DNA of 62,383 nucleotides, the filler included, from Sarea resinae (taxonomy: Eukaryota), in assembly GCA_026026165.1 (NCBI GenBank). It is 2 parts of 2 records of this genome, joined end to end, with 100 filler letters (N's around TTAATTAATTAA, not from the genome) between each part and the next. Parts side by side here need not be neighbours in the genome. Positions count along the whole stretch, not along the records: positions 1 to 31,134 come from JAPEUD010000125.1; 1 more part is not named here. The stretch is one strand, 5' to 3'. Shown here piece by piece: positions 11,984-24,541 of the stretch (the first letter of the stretch is position 1; each line of letters opens with the position of its first letter). The position numbers were made by a program, and so were the translations under genes. The notes beneath the pieces are model-generated. The model worked only from the letters and a program-made list of their open reading frames with translations. It was not told the DNA's origin and made no database searches.

Positions 11984-14290
11984 ACGTGGAACAGCATCGA
12001 GGTGGACAAGTAACGAAGAAGGGAAATATATCTGAATGATAATTTGAATACCTTGGATGTACGAACATGATTAAAAACCTTAGACTAGAATCTATGTAGC
12101 CGATAATGCAATAGACGGTAGATGGCATTTTCATGCTTTATGGAGCGAATTTTATCTCTTGGTTATGTATGTCTTTTCTTTGCTACAAGCTGTCGAATGC
12201 TGTGTCTACTCCGGAGTAGTTGATCGTGGGTGTGAGCGTGGTAAAATTGATGGAAGGCTGCCGCCTTGATTATGTGGAAGAGCGCGCGCGCGCGTCTAAT
12301 GATCGTGCGGTGCTAGTCCGCGCCTGAGTTCGATTCAACTCCAAGGCTGGACCTGGATGCACGCATTTATTCGCTGATGTGGCTGCCCAAAAGTTGAAAG
12401 GCATCATCAATATCGATTGACATGCGCGCGCGTTCATCGACCGCACCTCATAGTCATCGGATAAGATTGGGATCTCGCGATGCGGAGTGAGATGTGGGCG
12501 GATCGTGGATCAGCCCTATGTACGAGGCGGCGTCTTTCTCTCCCAGAACTGGTGAAGATGTTAGTTCATTCTCATTGATACTGCATGATTGATTCGGAAC
12601 CCTTGTTCATATCACTCCTCCATTGATCGCACCCATCATCGTCGTCATCTTTTCTTTGCGATGAGCTTCATCGACGGATCTCATCCGACCCCATCCGGCC
12701 CCATCGAGGTCAAGCATCAACTGCCCATACTGCCGACGCGCGAACAGAGGTGATGAGAGTCGCAATTGAGCCCAACGATAAGGTACTCGACGGTGACGGA
12801 TTGGCGAGACCGACGAGTTGACGAGGTTCGCGAACATGGAGATGGCGGCGGAAGATTAACGGCTTCTTGTATCGAGCAATAATAATATGGAGCACGCGAA
12901 GGCTCCCGATGTCGAAGTCGCTAACCCGCCATCTCTTACCTCACTTTACTTGACAAAGACAGGGCTGAATGAAGCTCCTGAATCCTTCCCTGCCCTTGCT
13001 GCGCAGTAACTTCGTACTACTTACTTTATTTCAAGGGACGGTGGGATATATGCGCCGGCGGGACGAACAAGTTGCAATGTGCTCCGGTCGGAAGAAGCAA
13101 AGGGCAATGCACGGGCACGGGCACGGGCGCGGGCGCCAGCTGATATGGTTGAAGAACATACGACATTGCGACAATTTACATTGAATCCCGCGCCAGCTTC
13201 TACGGCCGCTCCGGCAAACCCGAGTCGATTGACTCGATTTCGATTCACAGTTCGGCCCATGATTCATGATTTGAAAGCAACCGACTGAAATCACGACACA
13301 TGATCCCATGTGGTGGTGGTGGCACGCCGCCCGCGAACCAAGAGAACCAAGAGAAGGACCCGGCGCAGGACGGGTCCTTCTCTCTCTTTCGGAAAGCCAA
13401 ATACCCGTCCATGAACACCTGCCATGATAACCGCTGGGGGTGGGATCATCACCATGGACAGCAGCAGAATGCATCCCGCCTTCCGCTGCAACGGTAGCAG
13501 ATTGGCAACTAGATACGCACAGGCGTATCATTACGGGGTACAGAGTCCTCTCATTGGGCTCGTCGGACTCCTTTCCATTACGCACGAGATGTACGAGATG
13601 TACTCGGAGTAATGACTCGATCTTCGATGATATTATTGTACAGTCTGCGCAGTCTACACAGTACTCCGGAGTAGACGACGACAGCAGATTACCAGGACTT
13701 CCGTGGTCCAGCACGTGTCCCCGGTACCTTCGTACACTCTGAGTTGGTTGGCGTTAGCGTGCGGCCCCGGCCCCGGAAAAACTTGCGAATGGGGGTCTTC
13801 AGGGGGTCGGGCCCCCGGACGTTGGACCTGGGGCGACCGTTCTTGGACAGGGCCTCGGCAGACAGATGTGAGGGAAGTCGAGCTTTCAAAATGCTGCAGA
13901 AGCTTCTCTTGCGACGCAGCCTCGGCCCATATGATCACTGCCCATTTCCATGGAACGCAGGAAGGAGCGCTAAAAGAGAAAGCGAAAAAGGCTGCTTTCT
14001 CGAACTTTCATTTCAGCCAGTCCGTCATGTTTCCTGTTCAGGGTAATCAGCCGTCCCAAGATTGAGGCTTGGGCCGCCCCCGGCTGCCGGATTGTTGCTT
14101 CCCTGGTCGCCGTCCGGTCCGTGGCGTGACAATCGAAAGTATCAAGCGGCTTCCCAAGTCCCCGACTCACCGATCTTGATGATTTGCGGCTATGGTCCAC
14201 CAGTCTGGATTAGCAGCTCGAATTATGTTTTGATTTTATGTTCTCCATGGCGCGCATTAGGCCTTTGTCTGATGTTCTGATGAGTGCTTT

Positions 14291-14298
14291 TATAAATA
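14291..14298 (+). promoter_or_regulatory. Putative TATA box of the DHA1 transporter
   Basis: TATAAATA ~60 nt upstream of ATG 14358. Confidence 0.5.
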
Positions 14299-14357
14299 CG
14301 CCGAGGCGCCACCAAATGCGCTCTGTTCTTGTGGTCTATTGAATACCAACCTTCACA

Positions 14358-16280
14358 ATGGCGGTCGAAGTTCTTCCTTCTATATCGACGGATCGTCCTG
14401 TCAGGTCCGACCAACCTCTGTCGGCGGCTCGTCCGGCCTCTCCGGCTGACCCCGAGAAACCCACGTCGAGCGATAGCCCCACTGAACCCGAGGCGCAAAG
14501 ACCCAACTATGGACTCAGAGATACTATCCCGTGGTGGCGGATGGTAACCGACCAAGGCGTCATCACGAACGCCGTGATAGATCATCAATACGCAGGCTCT
14601 GGCACCGAAGAGGACCCCTATGTCGTTCACTGGCTGGAGAATGACCCTCGAAATCCGATGCTCTGGAAACCATGGGTCAAGTGGACCCTGACAATGCTCG
14701 TTGCCATTGCCACTCTTGCTGTCGCCTTTGTATCTTCAGCATATACTGGAGGCATTCGACAGATTCTTGTCCAGTTCCAGGTGAGCGAAGAGGTCGTCAC
14801 TCTGGGCGTATCTTTGTTCGTGCTTGGCTTCGCCCTCGGTCCATTGGTTTGGGCCCCTTTCAGCGAGCTCTACGGACGGCAGATCCTTTTCACTGGGACC
14901 TATGCCTGTCTCACGGCCTTCAATGCTGGGGCTGCCGGCTCCCAGAACATGGCCACTCTGATCATCCTTCGATTTTTTGCCGGATCTTTTGGCTCTTCTC
15001 CATTGACGAACGCTGGTAAGTCTATTTCTACCTTGGGACTCGATCAATTCTAACAGACTGCAGGCGGGGTCATTGCGGATTTATTCACCGCTCAAGAGCG
15101 CGGTCTCGCGGCTTGTCTCTTCGGCGCGGCACCCTCACTAGGTCCTACCATCGGCCCCATCGTCGGTGGCTTTCTTGGCCAGTCGAAAGGTTGGAGATGG
15201 GTTGAGGGTCTCATGGCCATCTTTACTGGTGTCGTCTGCATCGTCTGTACTCTCATCGTGCCCGAAACCTACGCACCAGTACTTCTCCGAAAACGAGCCG
15301 TACGGCTCTCCCAGATGACCGGCAAAGTCTATCGCAGTAAACTCGACATCGAACAAGGCAAGACCACGGTCGCTGAAGCCTACAAGACGGCCATCATGCG
15401 GCCTTGGCTTCTTCTCATATTCGAACCCATCGTTCTCACCATGTCCATCTATATGGCTATCATCTACGGCACACTTTACATGATGTTCGCCGCTTTCCCT
15501 ATCGTCTACCAGGAGGGCCGCGGCTGGAACGAAGGCGTTGGCGGCTTAGCCTTCTTGGGTATCGCTGTCGGCATGAACTTGGGCATCATGTGGGCCGTAC
15601 CGGACAACCAGCGCTACAAGCGCATATCGCGCCGCTACAAGGGCTTCGCTCCACCTGAATCTCGTCTCCGTCCCGCCATGATCGGAGGAATCGCTCTCCC
15701 GATCGGCCTGTTCTGGTTCGCCTGGTCGAATTCGCCCTCGGTGTTCTGGTTCGTGCCCATCGCCGCCGGCACACCCTTCGGATTCGGGAACGTCCTGGTC
15801 TTCCTGGGCATCATGAACTACCTTATCGACTCGTACACAATTTATGCCGCGTCGGTGCTGGCGGCCAATTCAGTCCTGCGATCGCTCTTCGGCGCCGCAT
15901 TCCCGCTGTTCACCACGTACATGTACCGCAACCTCGGCATCCACTGGGCCGCCTCGATCCCGGCTTTCCTTGCCTTGGGCTGCGTGCCCTTCCCCTTCCT
16001 GTTCTACAAGTATGGCCCGGCCATCCGCCTGCGGTGCAAGTATGCCGCCCAGGCCGATAAGTTCATGCGCACGCTGCAGGAGAAGGTCGAGCATGCCGAG
16101 AACGAGCGCAACGAGGAGTCGCCCGACTCGGTCCCCATTCAGGACAAGATTCATGAGGAGTTCCCTGACGACCCGTATGATATCGATCGTGTGCACACGC
16201 GCGATTCGTTCCCGCAGCCTTCGATCAAGCCGCTGGAGAGAATCCGGAGTCACATGTCGTCTAAGAGTGGCCATGCCTGA
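14358..16280 (+). CDS. MFS drug:H+ antiporter, DHA1 (Tpo/Mdr1-like)
   Basis: Intron 15016-15063 gives SPLTNAGGVIAD. Motifs [42 protein letters not shown]. Confidence 0.94.
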
Positions 16281-17470
16281 TTGAAAAGCTTTCATTTCCC
16301 TTCGTGCTCCTTGGTATTATCGTTGCATACAGGCTGGGTTGGCGTTTCAACTGATCTTTCCGATTTTCTCTATTTTTCGCATCGTTTTGCGCCCAAATCG
16401 GCTTCTTCTGCATCTTGTTCGGCGTCTTCGGTCCTTTGGTACAATACCTGTCAGCGTGGAGCGAGCGAGCATGTGCGGACCTGATTCCTGACGTTACATG
16501 GCATGGCATTATCGCCTTTATTATTGAATTCATTTGTGGGCGACGATTTAGAAGGGTTCGGCTAAGGCCAGCCAGACCACAATGGTATTGCATGGTTAAT
16601 GGATGGATGGATAGACAGATAGGGGGCTCATATATCTTTGTAATCATGATGCTCTCTGTTTCTTTCTCCTCGAAAGCAGAAGCCGCGAATAAAAAAGTTT
16701 CTAATATTATCTATCCATCTTTGGCCGTGCACGCATGTCTTGTACTTACTCTATCTCAGTAGACGTCGTTCTGTTCTGTTCTTCCTTGCCACTGGTTTGC
16801 CTCACCCCATCTTAGAGTGAAAAAAGTAGGTCGACAATCTGCCAAACATGGCTCGCGTGGTTGAGAAGTTCTGTGTTACTTGACTTGCCGTCGCTGCCCG
16901 TTTGCCGTGCTACTCCAGAGAAAAGGGATCGTCCACCATCTATCGATCTATCTATTCGTCTCGGAAATCTTCTCGAGGTCCCTCAGAACCCAACAGAGAG
17001 GGATTAACAGGCCAAGACCGTGTATCATTTCCTTGGCTGTGAAGTATGCCTTTATTTCCCTGGCGTGGTGGAGAACGTGATACAGTGACGTGACAACATT
17101 TGGTGGGAAGTCTACGAGTAATATTGGTATAGGGTGGGTTCGCACTGTCGCACGCCAAATGGAGTGGCGAGCGGGTACCTACGTTAGTGGCTGCGATCTA
17201 CAGTTGGGGGACCACCTGGAGAGAACAAACAAGAAAAGCCAGATAATTATATTCACAGTCAGGGAATAGAAGAGATGATCTCCAATCTCAACGGTCGCGA
17301 CTTTTGAACTTGCTAATCGCTCAATGGGAGAAGCGCATCTTCCAGACCGATTCTGACCTTCGATCTCTATCTAGCCTCCTATGTTCTTGGCGCTCTTTCA
17401 CACAGTGCCAGTATGCTCAGATGCTCGCCAAATCTAACGCGGGCTGAGCGTGAGAAAACGTCGGAATCGC

Positions 17471-18922
17471 CTAAGAATCATCGTTAAGGTCCCATGAGAC
17501 CCCACGTGACCAGTCGTTGGGTTAGGGTTAGTAGCAACGCATTTACCATCAAGCTGAAACTGCGAGTGTACCTACCGACCGCATAGAACATAAAACTATC
17601 TGAATCTCTGTCGGCCTTGAGGTTTTTATCGTAAAAGTTAATGAGCTCGAGGGAGATATACCAGCATTGTTGATTGCCGCGCCTGGATTATGCTACGCTA
17701 ATCTCCGAACGCACTCCCATCCGTAAGCAAGGCCGTAGTGATCGCAGTGTTCATCAGCTGACGTACACAGATAAGTCAGCATCAGACTCTCTCATATGGG
17801 ATTGTGAATCCTAGGTACTTAGTCGTTGTCGCATTCCCTTGGCGTTGTTAGGCAATATAACAAGACTATGAGTAAATTCGTGAACAAGGTCCGCGGACAG
17901 CGTTTTAGGAAAGCCTACGAAACTCATTTCACCGTTGTTGAATATCACCTTTGAGATACTCGTCAAGCTCCCAGCAGCCGCACTCGCGAACCATGTTGGC
18001 CAGGAACTTGGGCAAAGCGTAATGAGGTCTCCGTCGTCGAAAGGGATGAGAAAGGCAGTCAATGCAGAAGCCTGACGACAAATCCCTCTAGTACTATCCA
18101 GATTTAACCATCGGTCGATACGAGGATCCCCAGGGCCACCGCGAGAATCGAACCAGACGAATCGATCCACTGCAACAGCGTAAGCTTGATCCAACATCGG
18201 GAGGAGCCGATTTCAAAGACTGGCTAGAGTGTGTGGCCGGGACGGCGACCTGGCTCTCCAGCTCCCATGTTGCTGGGACAAATGGGGGTTGCGCAAGGGG
18301 ACTCACCAACTTCAACGTCCCCATCAAAGTCGGTTCGGGTCATCCACAAATCGTCGCAATACATGTCCATGTTCGGAATGCCACTAGCTAAGCTATTCTG
18401 CATCTGATAAGCCATGCCTGTGAGATAGTCAGCGAAAGAGCACGAACGGGTTTCGGATATCAATACTTGAGATCTTCTGGACACGGGTTTTCAAAAGCGC
18501 GAGATCAGTCGCTTGACCCAGGTTAAGAAAGGAATCTCCAAAGCAAGATTGAAAGGTCCTGAAGGTAGATCTATCAACTCCATTGAGGCGAGGAATATCC
18601 ACAGGTGGATTCAGATTTAGAAGGTTGTATAATGCTTCAGTACGAGACCACGCGCTTTGGATCTGCTAGGTCGTTAGAAAGACTCTTTTTACTGGTCTGG
18701 AAATGGTCTTACTATTCCGAGAGCTTCTGTAAGCGCCGCCTGCAGAACCTGTTGCTGGGCACCGCTACAGTGGTTGATGGTGAGGGCCCGTTTATCGAGC
18801 GAAGGGAGGGAGGAAGTCCCGTTGGCTGAGAGGCCCATTGCTGATGCAGGACCGATATGCAGGAAACACAGCAATGCTACTGCAACCGCAGAGATCTGCA
18901 TGGCGAAAGAAAGCAGCGGCAT
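17471..18922 (-). pseudogene. Secreted M35/aspzincin (deuterolysin/Lys-N-like) metalloprotease homologue, disrupted
   Basis: Signal peptide followed by a KR processing site. Introns 18712-18663, 18466-18418, 18306-18170 and further ones downstream. Zinc motif LVHEFTH, then TDE..AYGWEC..LA..A.NNADSFMFYA. In-frame TAG at 17693-17695, and no AG acceptor is visible before the putative last exon (NDWSRG). Confidence 0.68.
17519..17531 (+). repeat. Interstitial telomere-like tract GGGTTAGGGTTAG
   Basis: 13-nt match in the same orientation as the terminal telomere. Confidence 0.55.
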
Positions 18923-19416
18923 CGAGAAACCAGAGCCTAAGTTAGAGACGTGATTGTAGAGTATCTAGACATGAGACTGTCAAGACTGCTTTTTCCGTGG
19001 ATTCAAATAAATTTAGAACAGATCTAGGATACAGTTGAGCTACCTGCTACGTGCCAGCCACAACGACTAGTCTGTGCATGCCTTACTCGACATTGTTCAC
19101 AGCTCCACTAGTAAGGGTGATTATGCAGAGAGAATCTGTAGTGCTCTACGAGTGAAGCACTGCGCCTTAGCTGTGGTCTGAACGTATCGGAACATATCTG
19201 AACAACATTGAAGCATCTATGAATGCTACAACGCAGTCACCTTGTTTAATATTGTGCCTTTCACTATCTCAGAGCTGTGTTTTCACTCGCACTCTCACTC
19301 GCACTCAAACTCACTTGCTGCATGCTTTTTTGTTTTATCCCTCTTTCTGGTCGTGATCACCGTACTCCTCTCCTTTTATCTGTGCGTCTCCGACATAGAC
19401 TCAGACTGTCAGGACC

Positions 19417-22408
19417 ATGTGGATTTGCAACCTTGCCTCGAAAATCGTTGGCGTCTTGGCCGTCTTTGGAGATCATGAAGACCGCAATGCCACGGAGCTC
19501 TCTGCCATCTCAAAACATGTAGAAACTCCATCACTGCTCTCAGCACTGCCAAAATCATCGATTCTGAAAGATCTGAAGGGTTTGAAGGTCCCCAATCCGT
19601 ATGACCTACTGAACAACTCGGATGCATCCCACGGCGCTCCCAAAACGGTGTTATTTACGGAGAGGAACCAGCCAGCAAAAGCCGTATTTGCTCACCACAT
19701 GGTAAGACTCACCTCGTTGCAGATCTTCCCGAGGTTCTTGCTGACCAATGTATGCCTTGTCAGGTGGGAAACGTCTATGCCGCAGACGCCCAGACCGATA
19801 TTGACGATGCAATTGGCATAGGGCTCGATGGCTTCGCCCTCAACATTGGTGACCCCACCCAGCCTTTCGTACAAGAATCACTCGGCATCATGTTTGATTA
19901 TGCCGCCTCGAACGGGTTCAAGCTCTTCGTCAGCATGGATGTCTGGGCATCGGGTGCTTCAGGTAAGGGTCCCAAGGACTATGTTCCGCTTCTGCAAGAG
20001 TTCCCAGGTGCTGAAGCCTGGTACCATGGACCGAATGGCCTTCCTCTGCTCAGCACTTTCTCCGATGGCGGTCTCACAAGCAAAGAGTGGGGTGACTTCA
20101 AGAACACTTTTGCAAACCAGCTCTACTTCGTGCCAGATTTCGACGGCACTCTGGGCTACTATGAAGCTGATCCGGGCTGGTGGGCTTACCGAAATGATAC
20201 TATCGATGGACTCTTTAGCTAGGAAGCTGCGTGGCCATATAGGGCCGGCTTCGGTGGGAGATATCCAGGAGACATTAGCCCCGATCTCCCTGTCATTGGT
20301 GGTACCAACAAGAACGGCAAGTCTTATATGATAGGTAAATCCCCCCCATCGCGGAGAGAGAGCGCCTGCACTGACTTCATAAAAGTTCTCAGCCCTCTCC
20401 AATACAAGAATTCATACAACACCAATCTCTATCGTGGAGGTGAACCCAATCTTCTAACCCGAATGTCAAATATCTTGGAGATCTAGCCCCAGCCTGAATT
20501 CATTCAAATCATCTCTTGGGTCAGTATGGCCTCCTCATCGGTCAATCTAGGTCGATGTTTGAAACGCGGAGGACTGACAAGTGGGACTAGAACGACGGAC
20601 CCGAGAGTCACTACATCGGCAATATTTGGATAGAACAGAACAACGACACCCAGCCGGCATACTACGATACCCAAGCCAAAGTCCCGCACAACGGCTGGGG
20701 CGGCTTGCTCAAATCGTTCATCCAGGCTTTCAAAGAGGGGAGTTCTGCGGCGGGTATGACAACTCCAGGCCTAGCTGTAGGGACCCTGTGGTACAAGACG
20801 ATCCTCCAGGATGTTACTTGTCCTAACGAGGGCACCAGCCTGTACAACAACAAACCTGATCTGTTCACTAGTGGTGAAGACCAGTTGAACTGGGCTGTGT
20901 TCGTTCCTGAGCAAGGTTATACTCTCAGAGGGTATAGTAATGGCATTCTCATTGGAACAAACGATTTAGGTCCCGGACTCAACTACGGCGCTTTTACAGG
21001 TGTTCAACCCGGACAGCAGAGGATGGAGCTGGCTTTGGCTGATGGCAACGTGGAGATGATTGCGTCTGGCGGCCAATGTATTTCCTCCGAATGTCCGGAC
21101 TGCATGTGAGATACCTTTACATCGGAGGAGCTGGCTATGGCCCTATACTGACCTTCATCAAGCTACAACATGAATGTGCGGGTTGTCGAGTTGGATGATA
21201 CTACCACCGTCCATGAAGGCGACAGTCCAGCCATGAATTGTCAGCCTGCGGATCTTTACCTTCCACCATCAATCTGGTCCGAATCGAACCCTGAAGTCCA
21301 ATGCAACCCACCATGCAATCTTATCTTTCCACCTTATCAATTAGGCTCTACAACGACCATTTCTTAGCCGCTGCTGACGACAACGCTCATATCATTGGAG
21401 GCAGACGGAAATTGGGTCATTGCGGCTACTAATATCATAATTCCGCCCATAACCAGGACGGAGATCGAATGGTGGGCGATATCGATCACCGCATCCGAGC
21501 CACCAGGTCAGACAATAACCCTCTGGCAGAGCGTTATGCCACCTTCTACAACGATCACTCTGCCGCCGGATGTCGAGACAGCAACCCCAACTCACTTCCG
21601 CTCATCATCGACTGGTACACCAACCTTTGACCACAGCTCACACGTCGTTACCATTCAGCCACAGCCAACCATCTCGATTAATATTCCACACATACCACCT
21701 GTCACCTACTCACCCGGCTTGCCCAAGTCAACCTGTACATCTGCATGTGGAAGCCCGCGTTGTGAGAACTTTGGTTGCGGCTCCAATTGCGGTACCCATG
21801 GATGTGACGGAGGAAGTGGTACTTGGGGCTGTGGCGGGGGCTGCGGTCCCTCGGGTTGCGGCGGACAAGGTGGGCCTTGTCCTCTCTCTGAGTGTGGAAA
21901 CCCGGGCTGTTCCTCTGGCACCTGTGGTGGACCGCCTGGTGTGGGCCCTGTTATCGCCGAAGGGCCCGAAGGGGTCGACTCCAACGGCGACCCTGAGGGC
22001 CAAAGCTCTGAACCAACTCCCACTTGCGATAACTGGCTGACTGCCACGATCTGCACTTTATTTGTGTCGAGCTCGAGCGAATCTACGACCACATTGGTAA
22101 GAGCCGATCTCGGGCAATCAAGGCTAAGGCTAATCACCAACTTAGACAAACTGCTTTTACCAAAGAGGGATGCAGTGTTGCTGGCACAACGGTCACAAGC
22201 ACTGTTAGCAGTCAAGCGAGTAAGCCATCATACAGAACTATAACCCTTACCTGGTATATCGAAGACCATGGTACCCTCCCCGCAGCTGAGGTCACTTCGC
22301 TTTGGAATCAGGTAGAGAGCGAAGAATCAGGCCTTCGACGACGAGGACGGGATACCGCGATATTGCCAGGGAGAACACAGGAAACGCCAGCCACACGTAC
22401 ACTGTAGG
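19417..22408 (+). pseudogene. GH71 alpha-1,3-glucanase (mutanase) with Thr/Pro linker and Cys/Gly-rich C-terminal region, disrupted
   Basis: KAVFAHHM|VGN, GLDGFALNIG, GFKLFVSMD, DGLFS*EAAWP, IISW|NDGPESHYIG, DCIYNMN. In-frame TAGs at 20220-22, 20484-86 and 21365-67, plus a likely +1 frameshift near 22155-22158. The 3' end is approximate. Confidence 0.85.
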
Positions 22409-23446
22409 TAGATGATTCTCAAACTCAAAGCAAATTTCGGACTTTCTTAGATGGACTAGACGCAAATCAAATTGCCGATAAATAGATGAAACAATATAGC
22501 TATTTGATTATATCTCGCTGCAAGGACCAGTAAATAGGCAAACCTGTTCCTACGTGAGCCATCCTAAAAGACTACTATAACCCGGCTCGTCCGGGCTATG
22601 CCTAATTGCCTACTATATAGCGCAGCGCACCTCACACTCGCCAATAATGTATGCACTTTGTATCCAAGCTATAATTTTGTAAGAAAGAAGACTAGTAGTA
22701 TTCCTTGAAATTAAGAAAGAGGCCGAGATAGATTTCAAGGGGCTGTAGTTGATGCCTTTCTGGCCGGAAAGAACGTTATGTACCTCTGGCAGGGACAGAA
22801 GTGCCGACAGAGAATCAATGTAGGATTTTGGCTTTAGTCAATAGCGACTTTATTAATGTAGCTACCTACAGAAGGAGGGGTCTACTGTCGCGACCTTAGC
22901 TTGCAATATAGAATGGAAATTATCGCCGACCGATATCGCTTGCGATCTTTATATAGGTGAATTGCGACTAGGGCACTGCATATCAAGGATTTAATGCCAT
23001 CCAAACAGCCAATCTCTGTGCTAACGTGAAATCATTGGCAGGCTTTACAATAGGACTAAACCCATTACGCGACAATTGTCGTCGAAAGACACCCCTCGGG
23101 CTGCGCCCACCTCAATCCTGACAATCATTATAGAGTGGAAGCACGGGAGAGACAAAGGCACCTTCTTTCCTTTCTAGTACAAGATTGATCCGTCGACGTG
23201 TTCTATCAAGAGACTCACGTATATTCCTCTCAGCTCCGTAGAGAAGAGTGACCTACTGTCGTGACTAACAAAATACTCGTTCTAAGAAGGCTTAGCACCG
23301 TTGCCCTACGACACACTCGACCAGGCGAACAGACATAAATGTTGGTTGATCTATCCGCAATTTCGCAGGTCCCCTCGAAGCTCGCTTGCTTGTCGCCTAC
23401 AAACCTTCTGTGTTTACGTCGCCATATTTGATCCAATGCCAGAAAT

Positions 23447-24532
23447 ATGGACTCGGGTATCTATGGCTCACTCTATGGACTCGGCATCTGTGACGCCCTT
23501 GGCGGACCGGTCCAGTTCAAAGCTCGTGGTACTTTTCCTCGAGTGAAGACCTATCAATACAATGACCATTTCCGGGTGCCTCCTGGCGCCTGGAGCGACG
23601 ACACGAGCATGGCTCTCTGCCTTGCCGCGTCGCTTGTTGAGAACAGAGGCGACATGAACGTCGCCGATCAAGTGCGTAAATACCTACGTTGGTTCCAGGG
23701 CAAAGGCAGAACTGCGTACATGCTCAGCGTGGACGAGCGGGGAAGCTTCGATGTGGGGCGATCTACACGCGGCTCTCTAGGAACGTGGAAACGCTATCTG
23801 TCCACAGAGGCAGAGGCTGACGATGAAGCTGTTGTCCGCTCTTGTCAACTGCGCATAGACGGCAGATTCAATCGTGTCACATGCCAGGGAAATGGATCTC
23901 TTATGCGCGTGGCTCCGATTGCTCTCGTCGCTTATGCTCGAAACTACTCCGCGGGATCCGGCTCATCGAGTCCTGACCCACGGACCGACGTTATGGATGC
24001 GGCTGCTACAGCTGCCATGGTCAGCTCTCGACCCACGCATCCTCATATTGCTTGCCAAGAAGCCTGTGCTTTGTTCGTGGGCCTTCTTCTCCTTCTCCTT
24101 TGGACCAGCGACTCGAGCTCCACCAACAAATCCGATCTGGCAGCGTCTTTTTCCACGCTCGTTACTTCTAGGACCCTTACTGACACTACTCTTCAAACTC
24201 GCCTTCTCCCCTACCGAACCGTAGCCGATTGGCATGCTAAACCTGCAGACGAAATTTCCAGCAGCGGCTGGGTGATTGACACTCTCGAGGCCGCGTTGTG
24301 GGGATTCTTCACGACCGGCACTTTTCAGCAGGGCGCGCTCAAGGTCGTCAATCTCGGCGCCGATGCCGATACTGTTGGTGCAGTCTATGGGGCCCTGGGT
24401 GGCGCGTGGTATGGCGTTGAGGCGATTCCAAAGGATTGGATTCAGGGTGTAAAGAAGGGAGATTTAATTTTAGGAGTCGCTGGTAGTATTGTGCGGTTAG
24501 CAGAAGAGGAGAAACCAGTGATAACAACTTAG
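23447..24532 (+). CDS. ADP-ribosylglycohydrolase (ARH/DraG family)
   Basis: Intronless. Motifs DALGGPV, WSDDTSMALCLA, FDVG, GNGSLMRVAP, SSGWVIDTLEAALW, VNLGADADTVGAVYG. Confidence 0.92.
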   Translation: MDSGIYGSLYGLGICDALGGPVQFKARGTFPRVKTYQYNDHFRVPPGAWSDDTSMALCLAASLVENRGDMNVADQVRKYLRWFQGKGRTAYMLSVDERGSFDVGRSTRGSLGTWKRYLSTEAEADDEAVVRSCQLRIDGRFNRVTCQGNGSLMRVAPIALVAYARNYSAGSGSSSPDPRTDVMDAAATAAMVSSRPTHPHIACQEACALFVGLLLLLLWTSDSSSTNKSDLAASFSTLVTSRTLTDTTLQTRLLPYRTVADWHAKPADEISSSGWVIDTLEAALWGFFTTGTFQQGALKVVNLGADADTVGAVYGALGGAWYGVEAIPKDWIQGVKKGDLILGVAGSIVRLAEEEKPVITT

Positions 24533-24541
24533 GGTTAGGGT
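24529..24541 (+). repeat. Interstitial telomere repeat TTAGGGTTAGGGT overlapping the ARH stop codon
   Basis: Read directly from the sequence. TAG 24530-32 is the ARH stop. Confidence 0.7.

Noticed and set aside
3289..16280. Secondary-metabolite biosynthetic cluster
   Set aside because: No PKS, NRPS, terpene cyclase, DMATS or cluster transcription factor in the contig.
20220..21367. TAG reassignment (alternative genetic code)
   Set aside because: TAG is the normal stop of intact genes here (GMC oxidoreductase, hydrolase, PIK1).
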